Positions 1 to 9,966 of a stretch of DNA of 36,765 nt are shown here, piece by piece. Where the stretch lies: positions 1 through 36,765 of IMG/VR virus record IMGVR_UViG_3300031519_000081. One strand, written 5' to 3'. The notes beneath the pieces are model-generated. The model saw only the letters and a program-made list of their open reading frames with translations, searched no databases and was not told the DNA's origin. Origin of the DNA: a virus. Lineage: Duplodnaviria; Caudoviricetes. The stretch's first letter is position 1. Every line of letters begins with the position of its first letter. The translations under genes and the position numbers were made by a program.

Positions 1-120
1 ATTGTTAAGGGCGGTGATTACACAGTAGAAGAAATTGTAGGACATGACCTAGCACCTGTGCATATTATTGCCACAGTTGAAGGTCACAGTACAACTAAAA
101 TTATAGAGGCAAGCAAATGA
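1..120 (+). CDS. hldE: C-terminal fragment of HldE/RfaE-type heptose-1-phosphate nucleotidyltransferase (cytidylyltransferase-like domain); 5' end lies outside the window
   Basis: Frame 1 reads IVKGGDYTVEEIVGHDLAPVHIIATVEGHSTTKIIEASK*. VKGGDY and GxSTTxII are hallmark RfaE domain II motifs. The stop TGA (118-120) overlaps the next ATG (ATGA). Not in the supplied ORF track. Could be a standalone RfaE2/HldC rather than the bifunctional enzyme. Confidence 0.8.
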   Translation: MVKGGDYTVEEIVGHDLAPVHIIATVEGHSTTKIIEASK

Positions 121-938
121 AAATATTAATTACTGGCTATAAAGGATTTATAGCACAAAATTTAGGTAGATATCTAGCTAGTCAAGGACACGATGTAGAA
201 GGTTTTGATTGGCTTCCTAATACATTGCCTGCTGTAGATTACTATGATCAAATTATTCACTTAGGTGCAATATCTGAAACAACTTGCACAGACGTAGAAG
301 CAGTATTAGAACAAAATTTAGAGTTTAGTTCTAGATTGTTAGGCTTATGCGAAACATATGGCGTAAATTTAATGTATGCATCAAGTGCAAGTGTATATGG
401 TCCACTAGAAGACTGTTCTGAAGATGCACCCTGTTTTCCTAAATCTCCGTATGCATGGTCAAAGTATCTGTTTGATAGGCTAGTTAAATCAACTCAAGAT
501 CAAGGATTTAATTGTAAAGTACAGGGTTTTAGATTCTTTAATGTGTTTGGAGATTTTGAAGATCATAAAAAATCACAGGCTAGCATATTCCATCAGTTTA
601 AATGGCAAGCTAAAAAAGAAGGAAAAATTAAGCCGTTTATAGGTTCTGAAAATTATTATAGAGATTTTATATATGTAGGCGATATTTGTCAAATCATGGA
701 AAAATTTCTAACTATTGACGAAAGCGGCATTTGGAATATTGGCAGCGGACATGCTGAAAGTATTGGTAATATTGCTACTTGGATGGCAGACAAACTAAAT
801 GTGCCGTTAGAAGAAGTAGAAATGCCTGCTGCGTTAGTTGGCCAATATCAAAATTATACTAAAAGTAATAATACTAAATTGCTAAACACAATCGGCGATT
901 ATAAATTTACAACACCTTATGAATGGATGAGCAGATGA
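117..938 (+). CDS. hldD: ADP-L-glycero-D-manno-heptose 6-epimerase-like NAD-dependent epimerase (extended SDR)
   Basis: ITGYKGFIA Rossmann motif, HLGAISETT, YASSASVYG, catalytic YAWSK (YxxxK), RFFNVFG..E.HK, RDFIYVGD and NIGSG. Directly follows the hldE-like gene. Confidence 0.85.
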   Translation: MKILITGYKGFIAQNLGRYLASQGHDVEGFDWLPNTLPAVDYYDQIIHLGAISETTCTDVEAVLEQNLEFSSRLLGLCETYGVNLMYASSASVYGPLEDCSEDAPCFPKSPYAWSKYLFDRLVKSTQDQGFNCKVQGFRFFNVFGDFEDHKKSQASIFHQFKWQAKKEGKIKPFIGSENYYRDFIYVGDICQIMEKFLTIDESGIWNIGSGHAESIGNIATWMADKLNVPLEEVEMPAALVGQYQNYTKSNNTKLLNTIGDYKFTTPYEWMSR

Positions 939-1324
939 CTAGATTAAACGGACATGTTAAAAAAGGTTGGGGTGCCGAGCTCATTTGGGCAACTAATGAA
1001 AAATACTGCGGTAAGATTATGATATTTGAAAAAGCAGGTTCTAAGTTTTCAATGCACTTCCATAAAGAAAAAGATGAAACTTGGTTTGTTAATAACGGAC
1101 GTTTTATTGTAAGGTGGATTGATACTAAAGATGCGTCAATGCATATGAAGGAATTAAAAGAAGGCGATGTTTGGCACAATCCTCCTTTACAACCACATCA
1201 ACTAGAATGTGTAGTTGCCGGGAGCTCAATTACAGAAGTCTCAACGCCAGACAGCGTTGAGGACAACTATAGAGTTTTTCCAGGTGATAGCCAAGCCGTT
1301 AAGCCTGCGCTTCACCCCACTTAA
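935..1324 (+). CDS. Cupin-fold protein (mannose-6-phosphate isomerase / sugar isomerase-like)
   Basis: KKGWGAELIW, SMHFHKEKDETW (HxHxxKxE metal motif), HQLE and EVSTPD..EDNYR. Start placed at ATG 935 because it forms an ATGA overlap with the hldD stop; the track uses 923. Confidence 0.8.
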   Translation: MTRLNGHVKKGWGAELIWATNEKYCGKIMIFEKAGSKFSMHFHKEKDETWFVNNGRFIVRWIDTKDASMHMKELKEGDVWHNPPLQPHQLECVVAGSSITEVSTPDSVEDNYRVFPGDSQAVKPALHPT

Positions 1325-4300
1325 TAATAACGTTACCATTAATTGGTGCACCAGTTGTTTTACGAATATTAATAGCAAGAACGTCTGGTCCGTTTGGATA
1401 AGTTCCTCGACCACCTAACACAGTGTTAGTAAGTTCTTTAATCGGACTTAGGTCTAGCTGTGATCGTTCGCCCGGCACCGCAATAAACTTAAAGATTGTT
1501 TCTCCAGGCTGTGCATACTTTGCTTGTTCTAAGTTAAAGATTACTGCATCCCCTGGCGTAAAATCTTGAGCACTTTGGTTAAATCTTACTAACGTAAAGG
1601 TAGTAGTACTGTGCGTTAGATTTGTTACACTACTAACAATTGTTCCTGCTGGAAAGTTAGTATCCGTAGCATCAACAAGTGATCCAATTGTTGCACCACT
1701 ACCGTCAAAAGCAAGTTTTGGCAAGGCAACCTCTAGGGTATTACCGCTAGGCGGCGTGATAGTAAATACTACATCTGTGCCAAATCCGTAGTTACCGCCG
1801 GGATACTGGGCGGATCCACGGTCAATATCTATTCTTGTACCAGTGCCGGCAAACCAGCTGCTTGGACTTGTTACAGCAGTCACTTTAGTATTGTCTCTAA
1901 ATATATCTCGGCCGTTGTCAGTACGGACCGCCGTTACTATAGAACCTACAGCTATTGGATGTGTTAATCCTTGAAGCCAGAAATAAGTGTATCCTTGGTT
2001 GTAAAGTGCGGCTAAGCTGGCTGTATAAACAATAGGCGTTGCTGGTAGAGAAGTAATAGATACGGGAGGCGGTGCGTCGCCACCCCAGTCAATGCCGGCG
2101 CCGTTTGCAACTTGAGCAAAACTAGGCTGTCCGCCCTCTGATAGTCCGCTTAAGGCAGACCAAGTAACTGCACCTGGATTTTCTGGATAGTTTTGAGGAT
2201 TAAGAATTCCTTCAATAATGATACCACCGGTATCAGCTGCTGCTAATGTATCAGTTGTAACCTCAATACCATTAAGTAGTAACTGCGCTCTGTTAAGAAG
2301 TTCTCTATCGCCTAAATCTCCAATGATAGCATTGCTAACACTTGGTGCTAGTCTTAATAAGAACGCAGTATTTCGAGATGTACTAATTTCAATGCCTGTT
2401 GCTGCGTATGAGAAAATGTAGCCACGATCACTATCAAACCCGCCATCAGTAATAAACGCACTACCCCAGTGACTAATAATAGGAGTAATAGTACTACTAA
2501 TAAGTATAACACCTGTTCGCCTAGTATGCGAAGCAGCAGGGCCAGCATTGTATGTTCTCTGTGCGCCTGCTTGGAAATTAATTAATGTTGTACCTCTTGT
2601 ACACCCAGTCAATGTATTTCCAGTTATGCCAGTATATGTAATAAGTTCGTTGTCAATATACAGTGTTGCACCTGTACTAGGAAAGAAACTTGTGTCATCT
2701 AATATAATCGTTGTTTGACTTGCATCAATATTATCTGTAAGTTTGCCGTTTGCTCCTTCATTAACAACTTCATAACGTACCGGCAAGTTACCTGATCTCA
2801 TAAATGCTTCTGTGTTTACGTTTGAGTTACGCATTCTGTGTGCAAATACAAAGTTACCATCGCTACCGCGTGCCATAAAGTCAATAAAACCAGCACCATA
2901 CCAACTGTATTGAATACCAATCATCTGCATCTTTGATATATCAACATCGTAACCACTTTGTCCTGTGCCGTTTAGTTTATCTAAGTTAAAGTCATTTTGC
3001 TTTACACGCTTATCTTTGATGACAACAATTTTTGCACTTACTGCATCACGAACTCCGCGATAGTCAGGAGTTACTGACATTCTATCTTGTGCAGTAATAT
3101 GACTAATTACGTGTGTCATACCTTTGATTACAATTCTATCACCGGCCTTTAGCTGATCTTTAAATCTAGTTCCAATACCTGTCATTTCATTAGAATCTGA
3201 GGCAATGTTAACAATACCGGCTACTTGGAATGTAGAACTACGCTGTACAACTGATAAGTTTGTACCGTCATATTCCCAGAAGATTCCGTTTTGTTCATCG
3301 TATGCTCCTGCTCTAACCGTGGCGCCGTGCCAAGTTCTAACCGATAGTTGTGCAGAATCGCCTAGTACAGGAAACTTTGCTCCTAACTGGGTAATAGCTA
3401 TCACTTTAAATTTTCGTTCACTAACAACGTCTGCAACAAAATAATTTCCATTGTATCCTGGAGTTTCAACCCCTAGTAGTCTGACGCCGCCACCGACTTG
3501 TAGTCCGTGATCTGCATCATCTACTTCTACAGTTATTGTGGCCCCAACTCCGGTTCCGGTTGCTGAAATAGATAGGATATCATAACTCGGAGCAAACAGT
3601 GCACCAGTTGTATACATAATACCCTTACCTGATTGGTAACGAATATAGTTTTTACTTTGACGAATTGCCTGCGCACCGTGTTGCGGGCCACCTGTGCCTA
3701 ATTGCACGCCGCCGTCATATGGTCTATGCACAAAGAAACTATCTGGACGCAAATAAACATTTCCGGAAATATCTTCAGTGCTAACATCAATTGTTCCAGC
3801 AGTTCTTGCTTGATAACGTAAAGTCCTAGTTGTTGGTATACTGGTAGCAATAATTGAACCAACTGCTAGACTATGGTTATTTAATTCGTCATCTGACGTA
3901 ATAGCCACCATTAATGATGCGCCCGGAACAATTCCATGTTCGTTGTCAAAACTAACTTCAATAGTTGCTAGAGACTCAAAACTGACGCTAGTAGAGCTAG
4001 GTAACGACTTACTAAGAGTTTCTGTCATAGTAAGAGTACCATAAAATTGCAGTGACGAAGAACCTGTTACTGTGCCGTTAGTAGTTGCTATTACAATTGC
4101 ACCTACATTATCAACTTCTTCAATTATAATCGTAACATCATTGGCTATATTGGCGCCGCCGACTAAACTACCTGGTACAACTATACGATTACCTGCACGA
4201 TATCCTAGTCCAGGACTTGTTACTAATGCATTATAACTACTTTGCGTTCTATTTATACTGAACAGACTTGTGTTTCCATCAAACGGAGCGTACAACCCTA

Positions 4301-7300
4301 TAACGCCTGTGTAAGTGCCAGCGCCGTTGCCGCCTGTACCTGACAAACTTACAGTGCCAATTCCGCCGCCGGCAGCTATTGAAAGAACTGTTATTGTTAA
4401 ATCATTAGCTGGAGTAGTGCCTCCTAATAAATTACCAGTAACACTAATCGCATCACCTACTTTATAATTTGTACCATTACTTTGTATACTATCTAAACTA
4501 TACACTGTCGAAGTATTACTAATATTAAATGTTGCGCCGTTGCCTGCAAAGTTTATACCCTGTATGAGTTGGACTACTTCGGTATTTCTAGCAGTACCAG
4601 AAACCGTTACAGAAGTTATTGCTCCTGCATTAACATCACTTACTGTAACAATCAAATCGTTTGCGGGCGAAATCCCGCCTAATGCCGGTCCAAGTATATT
4701 TAACGTATCTCCGATTACCCAGCCGCTGCCGCCGCCAGTTATGTTTACTTGATAAACTGTGCCAAATCTAGTAACAGATATTGATGCGTCTATGCCGTTA
4801 CCGGCTGTTGCATAAGTTGGATTATTGTATGCTCCGGCCGCGTCTGTTGCTGTGCCTGTGCTGCTAAGATTTGTTATTATTCCATTAGCTCCAACTGCTG
4901 TAACTGTTAATGTTAAATCATTAGTAGGGGACGATCCAGCTAGAAAATCTCCTGATATAATGATAATATCGTCAACAATATAATTTTCGCCTCGAAAATC
5001 AGGTGCAGTACCTGTAATAGATACGCTAGTTATTGTTCCGTTTGAATCAACACCAGTAATAGTTACTGTTGCATCATTAGTTATTGGACTGCCAGAGAAT
5101 TCTGTCCCGGAAATTGTAACTTCCGTTCCAGAAGTATAATAGATGCCGCCTGATACTATAGTTGCTTGATACAGTCCGCTAGATTCAGTAATGTTAAGTA
5201 CAGCGCCCGAGCCTGACAAATTATTACCGGTCTTGCCAGGCATTGGGTAACTATCGAGTGCAGTACCGGAGACAGATACATTGGTAATTTCTCCAGTGCC
5301 GCCATCAACCGAATTAATAGTCACAGTGCAGTCGTTTGTAGGCGACGTACCACCAAGATCAGTACCGTATACTGTAAATGTTTCTGCAGGTGCATAATTA
5401 ATTCCCGGATTAGTAATTATAATATCATATGTTGTTCCAGATTGTGTTATTATAAATTGGGCGTCTGTACCAGAACCGGTATACACAGGTGTAAATATAT
5501 TGTACGAACCTTGTTCAGCAGCGCCAAGTCCGGAAGATGTTACATTTGTAATTACACCAGAAACGTCTACTGTTGTTATACTAATAAGTAAATCATTTGT
5601 ACCTGAAGATCCTTGTAATGCAGTTCCGTCAATTAAAATTTGATCGCCTGCAGAATAGTTTTGCCCAGGGTCAGATACAATTATACTATAAACTCCGTTA
5701 GCTACAGCAACATCAAACACTGCGCCAAACCCCGCAGACGGAACAGTGTTAATATTAATATCTTGATTTAATGTAGACGTAATTGCACTATATGTATTAT
5801 TAAATTTTGTTACATCAAATACAGCGCCCGCGCCTTGTCCTGAATTTAGTGTTCCGTTAACATTTGTAAATATACCGTCAGCTGGAGCAGCAATGCCTGA
5901 TTCTGAAATACTAGTAATTGTTCCTGAGCCGTTGACTCCTGTAACTCTAATAGTCAGGGTATTATCTGGAGTAGTGCCGCCTATTGCGTCTGCGTTAATT
6001 TCTAATACATCGTCTATTTCATATAATGTACCACCATTATTAATTGTTGTACTATAAGTCCCAGATGATCTAACAACATTAAATGTTGCATTTGTTCCTG
6101 TTGTTCCCGTTTGTAATGTTCCAGTAATATCTGTATATGTAACATTAGATCCCGAACGAGCAACAACAAATGGACGGTCTAACGTAACAGTATTACCAAA
6201 CACTTGAGTAACAATGCTTGCGCCACCGTCGCCTCGATCAATTGCCATACCAACGATGATACCCGACGGGTCAATTACATCAAAATCTGATACGCCATCT
6301 GGAATATCTTCAGATGTAGCCGCAGTAAATAGTACACCGCTGCCGTCGCCTACTGTACCTGTAACTTGCGATCCTTGGGGTATTGCTCCAGTAATATCTA
6401 CCAACGGGGCACCTATCTCAGGTACTGTGCCAACAATAGTCACAGTATCACTTCCTGTAGGGTGTGTTAACGCTGTTGTAAATGTTCCAGCACTACCGTT
6501 ACTAGCAATAATAAAATCAGGCGAGCCAACTGACGCCCCTGTATAAAAGTCTGCTTTTCTTAATTGAGTATAATAAGTAGATAGAACTTGTCCGTCTTCG
6601 GTGCCTACCTTAGACTTTGAGAAGAAAGTAAATGTAGTAGAACTTGGAACACTATTTACAATAAAACTACCTTCAGCTCTGCCAATTCCTAATGCTGTGC
6701 CACCTAACCCTTTAATAGTAATTGCATTACCTGCATTAAGCAAGTGAGCTGATGTAGTAGTAACAGTAACAATACTAGCACCAATACCTGCAGTAGTAGT
6801 ACTTGCATCTGTTACTACAGTTTCAACTTCTAGCTCTGTTCCTGGAATTTCGTAAATTGAAGGATACCCTCGCTGCATACCAATAGCTTGCCATTTAGTT
6901 GGCTGTAGTCCGTACTCAAAGTCAGCATCAAGCATTGACTGTGGTTGTGCAAACCGCATACGTTCGATTGCATCTGTACCAAAGTCGTATGGTCTTGTTC
7001 TAATTTCTTTTTCTTCTACAAATATTTGAAGTCTATCATCTGATAACTGATTACTAGTATCGTAGAAAAGTTTTACGTTTGTAATAGTATCAGCTGTTTG
7101 TGTAAAGCTAGCAAATTCAACTTCAGCTAGATTATCTGTATCTTTTAGGAATTCTACTTCAGCAATCTTATTCGGATCATTGAAACTGTAAATAATTTCT
7201 CCAGAAGATACGTTAGTAATTAGTAGGATATCTTCTTCGTTATATCTTCCTTGGAAGCGAATAGTACCAAGACCGTTTACCTTAGTTGGAAGTGCTGATA

Positions 7301-8966
7301 ATCCGCCGAGTATTACTGATTCTAAAAGCTCTCGTGATTCGGTAATTCTTGCTGCTGCTGTTACTTCTGAAGTGTATGCAACATTAATAGTTTGCGTTGC
7401 TCTAATCGGATCTTGTCTAGTAGTAAATTCTGTATTTTCTATAACATAGTTGTTTATTAGTGTTTCGACAAATCGGTGAGTTTCAACTTCGGGATATCTA
7501 CTACCGTCAACTTGAGGGACGTTGCCGTTCCAATATTTTGATACAGTTTCGTATGTTTGTTTGTTGCCGGTGTAACGTAAATCAAACAAATATGCATCTA
7601 ATACATATTTTATGTCTCTTACACACTTAGAACTATTATATTCAAATTCAGCAAATGTATAACCGTATGTATCTTTTCTTAATACATCTAAACCTAATTG
7701 TATAACATTAGTTAAACTAGTAAGAACATCAGTAACTCTCTCAGTAGGATTGATTGTATGTACTGAGTTAGCTAGTGCAGAATAAAAAACGTGTGTAGTT
7801 GTATTTGATGATATTCCTACATTTACAGTAATAGTTGTTCCTGTTCTTGCAATAATTCGTATTGGGGCATTACTGAATGGATCTGTACCGTACGAGTTAG
7901 GCGCACCGGACGCTCTAGGATAAGGATGCAAGGTAGCATAGTTATCCTGGGCACATCTAAAAGTTATTCCGCCTGTAGTGATTCCGATATAATCACCAAT
8001 AGCAAGTGTGTTTGCACCTATTGTAATTACTAACTGACCAGTTGCTGGATTATATGTAGCTCCAGTAGGAGTAAAGTCTTCAACACTGCTATTGGCAGGA
8101 TTGGCTAAAATTGCCTGAATCGATTCAGTTTGTAGTACTGGAGATTTTGCTGTATTAGCTAATACATAATTATTTAATAAATCTAGCATTTGGTTATATG
8201 CAGATTGTTCTGCAACACGAATTCCGCTTATCAGAGAAGTTTCGTCGTCCCAATAGTTTCTAGTATGGAAGTTTGTTTTATAGGTACCGCCGTATCTTAA
8301 ATCGTATTTTAATGCAGTTACAAAACTTGTAAGATCTTCGTCCCACCATTCGGGATCATATGTATAATTATAAAAAGGAGTTTGCACTGCGTCTGCTAGT
8401 GCGCTATCAAAGGTATGTAAACTGGTATCCGACGATATTCCTATAGTAACTGTTATTGTACTTGCACCAACACTTGTAATTTCTATAGGTTTATTCCAAA
8501 ACGTATCTTTACCATAACGATTGGGGACATCGTTGCCGCGTGGATACGGGTGTAATGTAGCATTTCCGTCCTTTGCACATGTAAACGTTATGCCGCCTTC
8601 TAAGATATTAATATACGCTCCGGGACTTAATGTATGTGCGCCTATTGTAATTACCAATTGTCCTGTAGTAGGCTCATATGTTGCACCAGTTGGAGTAAAC
8701 GAAAATGCGTTGTTAGCAATCTGATCTTGTACCCAGGACTTAGTTTCTTCTTTAATGAAATTAGTGTTTGCAGTTAATAACGCACTAGCATTAGGATTGT
8801 CATCATAAGCAGTGTCTACGCCAATGCGATAGTTGATGTACTCAATTGCTTCTTCTTCAATAAAAGTTTTATTATTGCTTATTAAGTAATATGCGCTCGG
8901 GGACACATTTGATAATAACCCTTTTCCAGGGTTAAACGAATATGTTGATATTTTTCTTTTTGACAT
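1299..8966 (-). CDS. Giant mosaic virion structural protein (baseplate/tail-associated), 2555 aa
   Basis: Two TPTGATYxPxTGQL..FxCAxD..ATLHPYPR domains, a KCVRD..DA..FDL..GN helical motif, three small 'HGL.xG..v.i.G' domains, eight GGxxPxNDLxITV repeats and a C-terminal WGEAQA. Lies in a structural operon. Confidence 0.75.
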   Translation of the reverse strand: MSKRKISTYSFNPGKGLLSNVSPSAYYLISNNKTFIEEEAIEYINYRIGVDTAYDDNPNASALLTANTNFIKEETKSWVQDQIANNAFSFTPTGATYEPTTGQLVITIGAHTLSPGAYINILEGGITFTCAKDGNATLHPYPRGNDVPNRYGKDTFWNKPIEITSVGASTITVTIGISSDTSLHTFDSALADAVQTPFYNYTYDPEWWDEDLTSFVTALKYDLRYGGTYKTNFHTRNYWDDETSLISGIRVAEQSAYNQMLDLLNNYVLANTAKSPVLQTESIQAILANPANSSVEDFTPTGATYNPATGQLVITIGANTLAIGDYIGITTGGITFRCAQDNYATLHPYPRASGAPNSYGTDPFSNAPIRIIARTGTTITVNVGISSNTTTHVFYSALANSVHTINPTERVTDVLTSLTNVIQLGLDVLRKDTYGYTFAEFEYNSSKCVRDIKYVLDAYLFDLRYTGNKQTYETVSKYWNGNVPQVDGSRYPEVETHRFVETLINNYVIENTEFTTRQDPIRATQTINVAYTSEVTAAARITESRELLESVILGGLSALPTKVNGLGTIRFQGRYNEEDILLITNVSSGEIIYSFNDPNKIAEVEFLKDTDNLAEVEFASFTQTADTITNVKLFYDTSNQLSDDRLQIFVEEKEIRTRPYDFGTDAIERMRFAQPQSMLDADFEYGLQPTKWQAIGMQRGYPSIYEIPGTELEVETVVTDASTTTAGIGASIVTVTTTSAHLLNAGNAITIKGLGGTALGIGRAEGSFIVNSVPSSTTFTFFSKSKVGTEDGQVLSTYYTQLRKADFYTGASVGSPDFIIASNGSAGTFTTALTHPTGSDTVTIVGTVPEIGAPLVDITGAIPQGSQVTGTVGDGSGVLFTAATSEDIPDGVSDFDVIDPSGIIVGMAIDRGDGGASIVTQVFGNTVTLDRPFVVARSGSNVTYTDITGTLQTGTTGTNATFNVVRSSGTYSTTINNGGTLYEIDDVLEINADAIGGTTPDNTLTIRVTGVNGSGTITSISESGIAAPADGIFTNVNGTLNSGQGAGAVFDVTKFNNTYSAITSTLNQDININTVPSAGFGAVFDVAVANGVYSIIVSDPGQNYSAGDQILIDGTALQGSSGTNDLLISITTVDVSGVITNVTSSGLGAAEQGSYNIFTPVYTGSGTDAQFIITQSGTTYDIIITNPGINYAPAETFTVYGTDLGGTSPTNDCTVTINSVDGGTGEITNVSVSGTALDSYPMPGKTGNNLSGSGAVLNITESSGLYQATIVSGGIYYTSGTEVTISGTEFSGSPITNDATVTITGVDSNGTITSVSITGTAPDFRGENYIVDDIIIISGDFLAGSSPTNDLTLTVTAVGANGIITNLSSTGTATDAAGAYNNPTYATAGNGIDASISVTRFGTVYQVNITGGGSGWVIGDTLNILGPALGGISPANDLIVTVSDVNAGAITSVTVSGTARNTEVVQLIQGINFAGNGATFNISNTSTVYSLDSIQSNGTNYKVGDAISVTGNLLGGTTPANDLTITVLSIAAGGGIGTVSLSGTGGNGAGTYTGVIGLYAPFDGNTSLFSINRTQSSYNALVTSPGLGYRAGNRIVVPGSLVGGANIANDVTIIIEEVDNVGAIVIATTNGTVTGSSSLQFYGTLTMTETLSKSLPSSTSVSFESLATIEVSFDNEHGIVPGASLMVAITSDDELNNHSLAVGSIIATSIPTTRTLRYQARTAGTIDVSTEDISGNVYLRPDSFFVHRPYDGGVQLGTGGPQHGAQAIRQSKNYIRYQSGKGIMYTTGALFAPSYDILSISATGTGVGATITVEVDDADHGLQVGGGVRLLGVETPGYNGNYFVADVVSERKFKVIAITQLGAKFPVLGDSAQLSVRTWHGATVRAGAYDEQNGIFWEYDGTNLSVVQRSSTFQVAGIVNIASDSNEMTGIGTRFKDQLKAGDRIVIKGMTHVISHITAQDRMSVTPDYRGVRDAVSAKIVVIKDKRVKQNDFNLDKLNGTGQSGYDVDISKMQMIGIQYSWYGAGFIDFMARGSDGNFVFAHRMRNSNVNTEAFMRSGNLPVRYEVVNEGANGKLTDNIDASQTTIILDDTSFFPSTGATLYIDNELITYTGITGNTLTGCTRGTTLINFQAGAQRTYNAGPAASHTRRTGVILISSTITPIISHWGSAFITDGGFDSDRGYIFSYAATGIEISTSRNTAFLLRLAPSVSNAIIGDLGDRELLNRAQLLLNGIEVTTDTLAAADTGGIIIEGILNPQNYPENPGAVTWSALSGLSEGGQPSFAQVANGAGIDWGGDAPPPVSITSLPATPIVYTASLAALYNQGYTYFWLQGLTHPIAVGSIVTAVRTDNGRDIFRDNTKVTAVTSPSSWFAGTGTRIDIDRGSAQYPGGNYGFGTDVVFTITPPSGNTLEVALPKLAFDGSGATIGSLVDATDTNFPAGTIVSSVTNLTHSTTTFTLVRFNQSAQDFTPGDAVIFNLEQAKYAQPGETIFKFIAVPGERSQLDLSPIKELTNTVLGGRGTYPNGPDVLAINIRKTTGAPINGNVIIKWGEAQA
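4070..6110 (-). repeat. Eight ~86-aa beta-rich repeats (GA.F.V....Y...I..gG.nY..gD.I.I.G..LGG..P.NDL.ITV)
   Basis: Repeat cores near 5970, 5600, 5345, 5085, 4925, 4665, 4410 and 4145: GGTTPDNTL, QGSSGTNDL, GGTSPTNDC, SGSPITNDA, AGSSPTNDL, GGISPANDL, GGTTPANDL and GGANIANDV. Confidence 0.85.
7760..8700 (-). repeat. Two copies of a ~105-aa domain in the 2555-aa protein (about 8385-8700 and 7760-8076)
   Basis: FTPTGATYEPTTGQLVITIGAHTL...ITFTCAKDGNATLHPYPR...SALADAV versus FTPTGATYNPATGQLVITIGANTL...ITFRCAQDNYATLHPYPR...SALANSV. Confidence 0.9.
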
Positions 8967-8969
8967 GTA

Positions 8970-9935
8970 TTACGATCCTAGTGCAATTGCAAATGCTATT
9001 GCATTTGCGTCTACATAATTTTTATTTGTTAAATCAGTACCGTTTACTGGATTTGTTGTAGTTGAGATAGTGGTAAAAGTACCAGCTGCTGGAGTAGTTG
9101 CTCCGATAATAACTCCATTTATATTTCCTGAAGTTGCAGACAATGCCGTAAACGAACCAGCTGCTGGAGCCGTATTTCCTATAGTAATGTTATTTAGTGA
9201 ACCTGTTACAGCACTATCAATAGTTACGAGTCCAGTTCCTCTAGCAATAAGAGTTAAATTTGCATTGAGAGGACGGATATCAACTAACCCAGAAGTTGAA
9301 GTAATTGATGGTGAATTAATTGTTAGTCCTGCTACACTGCCGGACGATGCACTAATATTTACAGTGCCGTCGCCTGTAGGTTGAAGACGAATATCTGCAC
9401 CATTGCCGATAGCATTAATATTTCCTGCTACTGTTAATGTAGTAAATGCACCAGATCCAGTAATTACTGGGTCAACAATTGAAAAGTACCCAAACGGTAC
9501 ACCGGAATTGTTTGTATATCGCAATGTACTCGGAGCATCGACCGGAACATCAAAAGTAACAACGCCAGTAATACGTCCTTGTGCGGCGGAGCCAGTAGTT
9601 TCTACGCCCTCTCCACTAGTATGCTTTAAACCAGTGTTATATAACGCGGATCCTGCTTCGTTTGCTATTGAGAAACTTAAAGAGGTTAAGGTTAATAAAA
9701 ATGTATAAGTTGTGCCTCTAATTAAAGTAATTTGAGGATTGTCTTGTATTTCTTCAGTTTCTCTAAATTGTCCTCCAGGAGATTGGGACAAAGTAAAGTC
9801 GTAAACTCCGGCGTCTACACCTTGTTCGATAGAGAAACTAATTGATCTAGCAACAATATTACCACTGCTATCAACTGAAAACCCCGGACCTTTAAATCCA
9901 TGATCTGACTCAAACGGATTATATGTTATTGCCAT
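8970..9935 (-). CDS. Virion structural/fiber protein with a degenerate cupredoxin-like module
   Basis: NPQITLIRGTTYTF...FDVPVDAPSTLRY module, IG.T.PAAG.FT repeats, and C-terminal TNKNYVDANAIAFAIALG typical of phage fiber proteins. AGGAG RBS. Confidence 0.7.
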   Translation of the reverse strand: MAITYNPFESDHGFKGPGFSVDSSGNIVARSISFSIEQGVDAGVYDFTLSQSPGGQFRETEEIQDNPQITLIRGTTYTFLLTLTSLSFSIANEAGSALYNTGLKHTSGEGVETTGSAAQGRITGVVTFDVPVDAPSTLRYTNNSGVPFGYFSIVDPVITGSGAFTTLTVAGNINAIGNGADIRLQPTGDGTVNISASSGSVAGLTINSPSITSTSGLVDIRPLNANLTLIARGTGLVTIDSAVTGSLNNITIGNTAPAAGSFTALSATSGNINGVIIGATTPAAGTFTTISTTTNPVNGTDLTNKNYVDANAIAFAIALGS

Positions 9936-9955
9936 TTAATTACTACTCCTACTCA

Positions 9956-9964
9956 GTATTTATC
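9956..9964 (-). promoter_or_regulatory. Putative T4 gp55-type late promoter (GATAAATAC)
   Basis: ATAAATA in the intergenic gap, just upstream of the AGGAG RBS of 8970..9935. The same motif recurs in four other gaps. Confidence 0.65.
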
Positions 9965-9966
9965 TT

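Noticed and set aside
907-1418. ORFs 907..1179 (-) and 1215..1418 (+)
   Set aside because: They overlap the well-supported cupin and giant structural genes and show no motifs.
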